NCBI GenBank assembly: GCA_963804085.1
Contig: CAWDOQ010000002.1
Coordinates: 256,001 to 320,000, forward strand
Source of the DNA: Chlamydiia bacterium
Lineage (GTDB): Bacteria > Chlamydiota > Chlamydiia > Chlamydiales > Rhabdochlamydiaceae
Length of the DNA stretch: 64,000 nucleotides
Direction: 5' to 3'
In this document: piece after piece, positions 8,995 through 17,109 of the stretch
How the letters are laid out: each line of letters opens with the position of its first letter
How positions within the stretch are numbered: the stretch's first letter is position 1
Program-made: the position numbers and the translations under genes
Notes under the pieces: generated by a model
The model's input: the letters and a program-made list of their open reading frames with translations, nothing else
What the model was told of the DNA's origin: nothing
Database searches by the model: none

Positions 8995-9570
8995 TTAATC
9001 CGGATTTTGAGGCCCGCCGCCTAAATCCATGCCTTCATAAGGATTGTTTCGACCATGATTATCGTCATCATTATCATGACCACGATCACGTTCTTCGCAA
9101 TAAGCATTATATTCTCTTGCCCATTCTTTCCAAGATTGAACAGCATTATAGCCTGCAAAAGCCGCAACGGGTGGACATTCAATCGCAAGCCCTGCTCCAA
9201 TCGAACTTTCAAGTGCATCCACGAATGCGTCTTTAGCTCGATCGAGATGTTCTTGAGCCTCTCGACTAAGATCCTCTTCTCTACATTGTATAAAGACGCC
9301 CTTATCGTCCAAAGATAGAGATGGAAGCATTATCATCGATCTGTCCTTGCATAGCAAAACGCCTTTGCGAGTAACTGCCATTCTTTCTGGAGCTAAATAG
9401 ACTTTATCGTCTATCCAAGCTTCAACAGAATCTGGTTGCTCTCGGAAAATTTGTAGCGTTTTGATTGCTCCTACGTATCTTTGCAAGGTCACTGATTCAC
9501 GTTGTGCTGCTTGCAAACTAGCATGCATTAAGAATAAACCTGCCGAAACAGTTGCTAAAAGAAAGTGCAT
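8995..9570 (-). CDS. Hypothetical exported protein
   Basis: RBS GGAGGAG before ATG 9570; signal peptide MHFLLATVSAGLFLMHASLQA; acidic C-tail. Confidence 0.65.
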   Translation of the reverse strand: MHFLLATVSAGLFLMHASLQAAQRESVTLQRYVGAIKTLQIFREQPDSVEAWIDDKVYLAPERMAVTRKGVLLCKDRSMIMLPSLSLDDKGVFIQCREEDLSREAQEHLDRAKDAFVDALESSIGAGLAIECPPVAAFAGYNAVQSWKEWAREYNAYCEERDRGHDNDDDNHGRNNPYEGMDLGGGPQNPD

Positions 9571-9634
9571 AACTCCTCCAAAAAATGCAATCGCTCGTAA
9601 GCTATTCTTTTGACTCATAAGTTTCAAGAAAAAA

Positions 9635-10240
9635 TTAAGAATTTAAAACATCCGATGCGAGTTGCGAAAGCCACCTATGGAAGAGCCCGTCTTCTAGCGT
9701 ACAGATGATTTTTGCGTGCTCTTCACCCTGAGAAAGTTTCGAAAGACCCTGACGCATCTCGTTTAGATGCTCCTTCTCTTCCAGGAGGATCGATTTGACT
9801 GCTACTTTGGAATTGCTCTTGCGCAGGATAGCATCGTAGATGGGGTAGAGCTCTTCGGCACGCAGCTCTATGGCATAGGTGACAAGAAGGTAAGCAGAAG
9901 CGCGCATCTCCTCTTTTGCGTGCGTCTGCAGCAGGTAGCGGGATGTTTGCAGATCAAGTTTAGAGAGGTAGTGCAAAGAGGCAGTGCCACCCAGAAGGTT
10001 TGGCAAGGAGTAGTCGGCAAACGTAAGGGGCGTCACTCGGATAATTTGGCGCTTCAGGTAGTGTGCGTGGCGAAACTCCTCCGCAGCGTGTTTGAGCATC
10101 TCCTCTTTGACAAGGGTGGGGTGCTCGCAGCGTGCGATTTTGCGTGCACCGCAGTTCTCCAAGTAGGAGAGGGTGTTGAGCCACTTGGCATGGAGCGTGG
10201 GTGTCTCTACAATTTTTGTGAGTAATGCTTCTAGTTGCAT
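9635..10240 (-). CDS. bioE: Ferritin-like diiron protein, BioE-type pimeloyl-precursor oxygenase
   Basis: Diiron ligands LENCG, HAAEEFRH, YAIE and EEKEH; last gene of the bio operon, overlapping bioA. Confidence 0.7.
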   Translation of the reverse strand: MQLEALLTKIVETPTLHAKWLNTLSYLENCGARKIARCEHPTLVKEEMLKHAAEEFRHAHYLKRQIIRVTPLTFADYSLPNLLGGTASLHYLSKLDLQTSRYLLQTHAKEEMRASAYLLVTYAIELRAEELYPIYDAILRKSNSKVAVKSILLEEKEHLNEMRQGLSKLSQGEEHAKIICTLEDGLFHRWLSQLASDVLNS

Positions 10241-11493
10241 AAGGTTTGTTCTATCCTTTCGTAGATAAATTCTAATTCTTGAGGCTTGATACAGTACGGG
10301 GGAAGTAGATAGAGAACATTGCCAAGAGGGCGGAGAAGAATCTTCTCCTTCAAAAAGAAGCTGTAGAGCTTCTCTCCTCTCTTGTCAAAATAGGAAGACT
10401 CTTCTGTTTTATACTCTAGGACAAGAAGCGTGCCGAGCGATTCACACCGCTTGAGTTTGGGATAACCGTCCCATCTCTGGCAGAATTCTTTGTGAGCCTG
10501 GGCGATTCTCTCTCTTTGTTTTGTGCAAGCATCCGTCAGCAAGAGATCTAAACTTCCAAGCGCGCTTGCGCATGCAAGAGGGTTTGCTGTGTAGGAGTGG
10601 CCATGCAAAAAAGCAGAGGAGAGATGATCGCTTAAGAACGCACTGTAGATCTTCTCACTACATGCAGTTACTCCAAGAGGTAAAAAGCCCCCTGTCAGCC
10701 CTTTGGAAAGAGCGATCATGTCGGGGGTTTCTTTTAGCTTTTCGCATGCAAAGAGCGGGCCTGTGCGTCCAAAGCCTGTCATCACCTCGTCTGCGATAGT
10801 AAGCACACCCTTTACTCGGCAATGCTTTAGAAATAGATCTAATACTTCTGGTGGATAGATGCGCATGCCTCCAACACCCAACACGAGCGGTTCAAAAATA
10901 AAACAGGCGACATCCTGTTTCTCTAATAACTTTAGAAGCACTTCTTCTGCGTCAAATGAGGGGTCGACAGCTTCGACTTCAAACAGATGACTCCAGAAAG
11001 GTTTGTGTATCTGATTTTTGCCAGAAGCTGACATCGCTCCAAAAGTCTCTCCGTGATAGCTCCCCTTCAAACAGATTACTTTTCTTTTCGGGGTATTTTG
11101 GTTATGCCAATATTGAAAAGCCATTTTGAGAGCTGTCTCTACTGCGGTAGAACCATTATCAGAGTAAAAAATCTTGCTCATCTTTCCAGGAAGAATGGCG
11201 ACAAGCCGCTCAGCTAATTCTACCGCAGGAGAGTGGGTAAATCCTGCAAAGAGAACGTGTGGCAATATTGCGAGTTGCGTACAGATCTTTTCGGCAATGT
11301 ATGGATGAGCATGTCCATGCAGATTGACCCACCAAGAGGAGATCGCGTCTAAGTAGCGTTTGCCCTCTTCTGTGTATAAATAGACCCCCTCTGCTCTCAC
11401 AATCGGGATAGAGAGAGGCGCCGTTTGCATCTGCGTGAAAGGATGCCACACAAACGCACGATCTTTTTCAGCTAAAGATTGAGTGTTTGCCAT
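10231..11493 (-). CDS. bioA: DAPA aminotransferase
   Basis: VWHPFTQM, DAISSWWVNLHGH, DEVMTGFGRTG, SKGLTGG. Confidence 0.97.
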   Translation of the reverse strand: MANTQSLAEKDRAFVWHPFTQMQTAPLSIPIVRAEGVYLYTEEGKRYLDAISSWWVNLHGHAHPYIAEKICTQLAILPHVLFAGFTHSPAVELAERLVAILPGKMSKIFYSDNGSTAVETALKMAFQYWHNQNTPKRKVICLKGSYHGETFGAMSASGKNQIHKPFWSHLFEVEAVDPSFDAEEVLLKLLEKQDVACFIFEPLVLGVGGMRIYPPEVLDLFLKHCRVKGVLTIADEVMTGFGRTGPLFACEKLKETPDMIALSKGLTGGFLPLGVTACSEKIYSAFLSDHLSSAFLHGHSYTANPLACASALGSLDLLLTDACTKQRERIAQAHKEFCQRWDGYPKLKRCESLGTLLVLEYKTEESSYFDKRGEKLYSFFLKEKILLRPLGNVLYLLPPYCIKPQELEFIYERIEQTLCN

Positions 11494-12071
11494 AGTTTTG
11501 CATACTTTTTGATGGTGGAACGACTGACAAAAAATTCGGGAAGGAGCCTTGCGAGAAGCGGCACACCAGAGATTTGCAAGATGGCCGATTCGCTTGCAGT
11601 GTTAGGCTTTCCATTAAAGATGAGACCTAAAATGCTAACTCCAGCTTTTTTTAGCGCTTCGATTGTAAGCAGCGTGTGGTTGATGCTCCCTAGGTAGTGT
11701 TGGGAGACAACTACCCACTCGGCATCCCATTTTTTGAACAGATCGAGGCTCACCAGACTCTCTTGTAACGGCGTGAAAACACCTCCGACTGTTTCTATAA
11801 TTAAAGGACCAGTCACGTGCGGCATCTGAATGCGATCGATATCGATGTGAATATTTTCCATACGCGCAGCTTGATGGGGCGAAAGCGGAGCCTTTAGCGC
11901 ATAAGCCGGCCTATGGATGTTAGAAGTTAACCACTTTTGCACAGTGCGCGTGTCGCTTTTGCCGCACTCGATCGGCTTCCAGTAATCTGCTTGTAAAAGT
12001 TGTGCCAAAATAGCCGAGACCACAGTTTTTCCTACGCCTGTTCCTGCACCTGCTACGATGATTCTTTTCAT
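11472..12071 (-). CDS. bioD: Dethiobiotin synthase
   Basis: GTGVGKT, YWKP, SPHQAA, YLGSINHTLLT. Confidence 0.96.
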   Translation of the reverse strand: MKRIIVAGAGTGVGKTVVSAILAQLLQADYWKPIECGKSDTRTVQKWLTSNIHRPAYALKAPLSPHQAARMENIHIDIDRIQMPHVTGPLIIETVGGVFTPLQESLVSLDLFKKWDAEWVVVSQHYLGSINHTLLTIEALKKAGVSILGLIFNGKPNTASESAILQISGVPLLARLLPEFFVSRSTIKKYAKLWQTLNL

Positions 12072-13099
12072 AGATAGGAATAAAGCTCCTCAAGCTGCTT
12101 TTTTGTGTTAAAAGAGTGCAATGTGAGGCGCAGCCTTTCTTTTCCTCTTTGTACAGTAGGACTTAAGAGCGCTCTTACATCAAATCCTCTCTCTTGCAGC
12201 ATCTTTTCCTTTCTTCGGGCAGCGCAATTACCCGAGACAGGTAGAGATTGGATGTGTGAGGAGGCAAGACTCAAAAGGTGGGCACGCTCTTTTTCAAGCT
12301 TGGGGAATAGATCATAGCTAGATTTGATGGCAGCGAGAGCATAAAACGGGAGCGCTGTTGTGTAGATGCAAGAAGGCGCAAAATTGATGAGCGCCTCCTT
12401 GAGTGTTCTACTTCCCAACACGACGGCGCCATAGACTCCTAGGGCTTTTCCAAATGTGACGACCTGTGCGAAGACCTCCTTCTGAAGATTCGCTTGAGCC
12501 ACCAACCCGCGTCCTTCCGGTCCTAAGACTCCTACAGCATGCGCTTCATCTACAATCAGAGAAGAGCGATACTTTTTTGCTAAGCAGCAGATCTCGGCAA
12601 GAGGAGCAAAAGAGCCATCTGTCGAATAGATAGACTCGACACATATGAAGCTCTGTTTGTTTTTCTTTAGCCGCTCTTCTAAATGTGCCAGATCGTTATG
12701 TCTAAAGGGATAAGCGGGAGAGCGACTTAAACGGATACCACTGCGGATCGACGCGTGGACCTCGGCATCATAGATAAAGGACGCGTCACCAAGAGCTGCG
12801 AGCAGTCCGATATTGGCCATATAACCGCAACCAAAAATAAGGCCTGCTTCATAACCGTGAAAATCGGCAATCTTCTGCTCCAAAGCTTCAATGTAGAGAG
12901 AGTTTCCGGTAAGAAGACGCGATCCTGTCGAGCCCAATCTTTCCAGTTTCTTGCTCTCTTCCCGAACGGTATCGAAGAGAAGAGGAGAGCGCGAAAGACC
13001 CAAATAGTCATTAGAAGCAAAGTCGATGAGACCTTTTGTTGTGGAAAGCTTGCGCAAGTTGCCTTGCACTCTCCTTTTATCCAGTCTTTGAATGAGCAT
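12068..13099 (-). CDS. bioF: 8-amino-7-oxononanoate synthase
   Basis: DFASNDYLGL, GSTGSRLLTGN, VDEAHA, TFGKALG. Confidence 0.96.
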   Translation of the reverse strand: MLIQRLDKRRVQGNLRKLSTTKGLIDFASNDYLGLSRSPLLFDTVREESKKLERLGSTGSRLLTGNSLYIEALEQKIADFHGYEAGLIFGCGYMANIGLLAALGDASFIYDAEVHASIRSGIRLSRSPAYPFRHNDLAHLEERLKKNKQSFICVESIYSTDGSFAPLAEICCLAKKYRSSLIVDEAHAVGVLGPEGRGLVAQANLQKEVFAQVVTFGKALGVYGAVVLGSRTLKEALINFAPSCIYTTALPFYALAAIKSSYDLFPKLEKERAHLLSLASSHIQSLPVSGNCAARRKEKMLQERGFDVRALLSPTVQRGKERLRLTLHSFNTKKQLEELYSYL

Positions 13100-14033
13100 G
13101 TAACCCCAAAATCTCAAACATCTCTTTATCTCTGTCTGGGGCGCAATTGGCCACCGTGAGCAGCTTTTCTCCTGAGAAGATCGAATTTGCTCCGGCTAAA
13201 AAACAGAGAGCTTGCTCCTCATATGATAGACGGTCGCGGCCAGAAGAGAGGCGCACCATCGCATGGGGCAGCACAATTCTTGTCGTCGCTACCATACGGA
13301 CCATCTCCCAGATAGGAACCTTCGGCATATTTTCCAGAGGTGTGCCGGGAATGGGAGTCAAAAGGTTGATCGGCACCGAGTCAGGATGGGGATTGCGATT
13401 AGCCAATGTTTGCAAAAACTCGAGCCGATCCTGAATCTTTTCCCCCATACCCAAAATGGCGCCAGAGCAGACGCTTAAACCCGCTTTTTGGACGGTGTCG
13501 AGGGTCTTTAACCTGTCTTGATAGGTGCGCGTTGTGATGATCGTCTTGTAGAACTGCTCTGATGAGTCCAGATTGTGGTTGTAGGCGTACAAGCCGGCCG
13601 CCTTCAGACGCTCCGCCTCCTGCGGTTTTAACATACCGAGTGTGCAGCAGACCTCGACTCCCAGCTCCGCGATCCCCCTTACCATGCGCAGTACCTCTTC
13701 AAACTGCCCACTTGCACGCACCTCGCGCCAAGCAGCGCCCAAACAGATGCGGCTTGCTCCCTCGGCAATCGCCCTCTTTGCCTGCTCTAGCACCTCTTTG
13801 TACTGCATAAGAGGCTGTGCAGAAGTTGAGGTTTGATAGCGGGATGATTGAGCACAGTACTTACAATCCTCCGGACACCCTCCTGTCTTAATCGAGATCA
13901 GGCTGCATACTTGTACCTCCCCCACTTTGTGAAACTTCCTATGCACCTCTTGTGCATAGGCGATAAGCTCCAGTAAAGGGCGGGCATACAGCTCTTCCAA
14001 CTCTCCAAATTTCCAATCAAAGCTTATTGTCAT
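13077..14033 (-). CDS. bioB: Biotin synthase
   Basis: CPEDCKYCAQS radical-SAM motif; YNHNLD. Confidence 0.98.
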   Translation of the reverse strand: MTISFDWKFGELEELYARPLLELIAYAQEVHRKFHKVGEVQVCSLISIKTGGCPEDCKYCAQSSRYQTSTSAQPLMQYKEVLEQAKRAIAEGASRICLGAAWREVRASGQFEEVLRMVRGIAELGVEVCCTLGMLKPQEAERLKAAGLYAYNHNLDSSEQFYKTIITTRTYQDRLKTLDTVQKAGLSVCSGAILGMGEKIQDRLEFLQTLANRNPHPDSVPINLLTPIPGTPLENMPKVPIWEMVRMVATTRIVLPHAMVRLSSGRDRLSYEEQALCFLAGANSIFSGEKLLTVANCAPDRDKEMFEILGLHAHSKTG

Positions 14034-14085
14034 GCGAGCCAGTCTAATCCGTTTTTCATGCTTTTTCCATGCAAAATCATTTGGA

Positions 14086-14106
14086 ATAACCTACTTAATA
14101 GGTTAT
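14086..14106. promoter_or_regulatory. Palindromic candidate operator in the bioB/regulator divergent region
   Basis: ATAACCTA-cttaa-TAGGTTAT, perfect 8-bp arms. Confidence 0.6.
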
Positions 14107-14202
14107 ACAAAACAGATTTAGGTTTAAAAAATGGCGTCTTTTGGAGCAATATGGTAAAACTAGCAAATAGTTGGAAAGAGGCTCAAGGAGGGTTGATTTT
14201 GT

Positions 14203-14991
14203 ATGTTGCAAGTTCTTTGCGGAAATCAAAATGTGCAAAAGATCCTGCTCTTTTTATTCGTGAATGGGAGGTGCTATGGAACGCAGCTGCAGAGGCAGCT
14301 CGGCTCTTCGCTCACACCGATTCAAAAGGCGCTCCTCCGTCTAGAGAAGGGCGGGCTAATCCTGAGCTACTACGAAGGCAAGACCCGCCTCTACCAGTTC
14401 AACCCAGCCTATCCTCTACTTGTGGAACTCGAACATCTGCTCAAAAAAGCGTATACTCTGCTGCCCGCCCACGAAAAGAAGGGTTATTACGTCTCCAAGC
14501 AGGAGGCGGACCTCACCTCCCAGACTAACAAAATCCAGGTGCTGCTCGCTTTTTGGAGCAAACTCTCTTCTGTCACCCAGCTCACTTTTCTCGCCAAGAC
14601 CAAGTCGAAAGAGGAGGGGGGCTGGAATGGGAAAGGAAAGGGCGAGGTTACGATCAGCAAATCGGGCGATAACGTGCTTCTTTTCACGGAGAAGGGAATC
14701 TGGAAAGGAAAACAGGGAAAAGAGGTGAGCTTTAGCAACATCTTTCGCTGGACGCTCGATCGCACCAGCTGCATGATCTCTTTAGAGCACTTAAGACGCG
14801 GTCCAGATCATCCGGTTTTTCTCTTTCATCTTGCGCCTACCAGCCAACAGTCGCTCTCCTCAGTAGACTCCCACCTATGCGATGGGGACACCTACTTTGG
14901 AAAGATCCTCTTTGACAAAAGCTCGCTACGCTTAAACTGGCGCGTCATCGGTCCCAAGAAAAACGAAGAGATCGACTACTTTTATGCTTAA
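14203..14991 (+). CDS. Winged-HTH transcription factor fused to a beta-rich (DUF6314-like) domain
   Basis: N-terminal wHTH (YGTQLQRQL..LTPIQKALLRLEKGGLI..EGKTRLYQFN); C-terminal FTEKGIW..FRW..HLCDGDTY..WRVIGPKKN. Confidence 0.75.
   Translation: MLQVLCGNQNVQKILLFLFVNGRCYGTQLQRQLGSSLTPIQKALLRLEKGGLILSYYEGKTRLYQFNPAYPLLVELEHLLKKAYTLLPAHEKKGYYVSKQEADLTSQTNKIQVLLAFWSKLSSVTQLTFLAKTKSKEEGGWNGKGKGEVTISKSGDNVLLFTEKGIWKGKQGKEVSFSNIFRWTLDRTSCMISLEHLRRGPDHPVFLFHLAPTSQQSLSSVDSHLCDGDTYFGKILFDKSSLRLNWRVIGPKKNEEIDYFYA
14852..14990 (+). repeat. 139-bp direct repeat, copy 1 (3' end of the regulator gene)
   Basis: Matches 19983-20121 with 6 substitutions and no indels. Confidence 0.95.
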
Positions 14992-15135
14992 ATGTCCCGC
15001 TATTTGTGCTGATTTTGCTTTGTCTTACAAATTCACACAATATAAGCCGGCACAGTATAGATTACCCAACCAAGATTTAAACTTGAAAATATTCCTTGTC
15101 TGTTATCTAATTTTCATCTTTCGAGGCATATTTCT

Positions 15136-17055
15136 ATGTTGTTTTATACAGCCCTGTTTTTTTCATTCTGTTCGCTTTTTTCTTCGCTTAATGCCACGAC
15201 TTTTGTTGTCACTAATACCAACGACACCGGTCCGGGCTCCCTGCGCGATGCGCTCATGAATGTCTCTGCAAATGATCATGTCGAATTTACCTCCGCCCTA
15301 TCAGGAACAATCACACTCTCTTCTCCTCTGCCTTGGATTAGCAACGATCTTGTTATCCTGGGACCTACCAGCGGAAGCATCACCATTGATGGCCAAGACG
15401 CCTATCAGATCCTCTTTATCAAATCAGGCGTAGTAGAGATTTCCGATCTCACCTTCAGCCACGGCAAAAGCTTAGGAGGAAATGGGGGAAGCTCTTCTGC
15501 AGCAGGAGGCGGCGGAGGCCTGGGGGCCGGAGGTGCAATCTGCTGTAACAATAATTGCTCTCTTGCTCTCACTAGAGTTGCTTTTGCAAACAATTCTGCT
15601 ACAGGTGGGGATGGTGGAAGCGCATCCGCATCTCCGGTTCCCTCTGTAGGCGGCGGAGGAGGCGGAGGATTAAATGGTACTGGAGGCATTGGTGGACCTG
15701 CGCTGCTGGCAGGGGGCGGTGGAGGCGGCGGCGGGGGCTTTGCAAGTACGGGAGGAGCCGGCGATACGGGAGGCGGTGGAGGCGGAGGCATCACAGCTAC
15801 TATTGGGACAACACCATTTTCGGGAGATGCTTTTGATGCATCCGGAGCCTCCGGTGGAAATGGTGGCGTTGGCATAAATAATTTCCATGCTGCCGGAGGG
15901 GGAGCTTCTTCAGACGGCGCTTCTGCGGATCCTACTCTAGGTGGAGGTGGTGGTGGAGCAGGAGGTGGTGCAATGTCTTCTAACAATGGCGGGGTGGGAG
16001 GTAGCGCCGGTGCTATAGGTGGCGGCGGCGGTGGAGGTGGTGGAAATGTTGCAGGAAATGGCGGTACGGGCTCGGATTGGGGAGGCGGAGGTGGCGGTGG
16101 CGGCAGCATTCTTTCTACAAATGTAGGTTCAGGAGGCAGTGGAGGATTGGGAGGCGGGGGTGGCGGTGGCGGCTCCGGTTCTTTGAGTTCCAGTTTAGGA
16201 AATGGTGGCAGTGGAGGACATGGCGGAGGAGGGGGCGGAGCATCCCCGGGCGCAATAGGCGGAGTCGGCGGCACTCATGCAGGTGCGGGTGGAGATAATG
16301 GTGGAGGAGGCGGAGGTGGAGCGGGATTGGGAGGAGCTGTTTTTGTTGCAAGCGGAGCCTCGATCCTTGTGCAAGATGAACTTTCGCTCTTTTCTAGCAA
16401 TACCGTGACAGGAGGAAATGGAGGCAGTGGAGCAAATACCGGCACTCCAGGAGCAGGAGTAGGAGCAGATCTGTTCATTATGAGTAATGGCGAAGCGGTT
16501 TTCACAAACAGCAATGACATTCCTTTTTCTATTCGGGTAGGCGGGCAAGGGTTAATTTCTAAAGAGGGCGAAGGAGATCTTAACTTGATCGGCGACTCTT
16601 CTCCCGATAACGCGATTATGTTGTTTGCTCAAACAGGTAAGCTTGCGATCTCAGGAACATTTGGAGGCAACCTCCATATCAGAGAGGATGCGCGCACAGA
16701 AGGGGCATCTAGTATCGCAAGCCTAAACAATTCCGGAACGTTTTCTTTGGGAAACACCATACAAACATGCTCCATTATCAATGGCTTTTTGCAGCGTTCT
16801 ACAGGGGTAGTGGAAATTAAAATCGATCCATCCGGAAACTCTGATCTTTTGCAAATAGGCGATTCCGCCCTTCTAGATGGGACATTGCATATCATCGCAT
16901 CTCCCGGTTCGTATATCTCCGGTACCACTTATACGATTATCACTACTCAAGGAAGAGTATCTAGAACATTCAACACCATTCTTATATCCTCATCCCCTTC
17001 CCTGAACATCCAAGTCAATTATCTATTTAATGCTGTTCAACTCGTAATCGAATAA
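15136..17055 (+). CDS. Glycine-rich autotransporter-passenger-like surface protein with no beta-barrel
   Basis: Signal peptide; VTNTNDTGPGSLRDAL; long GGGGG repeats; autochaperone-like end ...VNYLFNAVQLVIE*. Confidence 0.8.
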   Translation: MLFYTALFFSFCSLFSSLNATTFVVTNTNDTGPGSLRDALMNVSANDHVEFTSALSGTITLSSPLPWISNDLVILGPTSGSITIDGQDAYQILFIKSGVVEISDLTFSHGKSLGGNGGSSSAAGGGGGLGAGGAICCNNNCSLALTRVAFANNSATGGDGGSASASPVPSVGGGGGGGLNGTGGIGGPALLAGGGGGGGGGFASTGGAGDTGGGGGGGITATIGTTPFSGDAFDASGASGGNGGVGINNFHAAGGGASSDGASADPTLGGGGGGAGGGAMSSNNGGVGGSAGAIGGGGGGGGGNVAGNGGTGSDWGGGGGGGGSILSTNVGSGGSGGLGGGGGGGGSGSLSSSLGNGGSGGHGGGGGGASPGAIGGVGGTHAGAGGDNGGGGGGGAGLGGAVFVASGASILVQDELSLFSSNTVTGGNGGSGANTGTPGAGVGADLFIMSNGEAVFTNSNDIPFSIRVGGQGLISKEGEGDLNLIGDSSPDNAIMLFAQTGKLAISGTFGGNLHIREDARTEGASSIASLNNSGTFSLGNTIQTCSIINGFLQRSTGVVEIKIDPSGNSDLLQIGDSALLDGTLHIIASPGSYISGTTYTIITTQGRVSRTFNTILISSSPSLNIQVNYLFNAVQLVIE

Positions 17056-17109
17056 TATCAGCTCATCTATTTAGTTTTAAAATTCGCACGCATATCGTAT
17101 GTAATAAAC

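Noticed and set aside
15405-16274. 289-aa Pro-rich minus-strand ORF
   Set aside because: Antisense shadow of the Gly-rich GGN codons.
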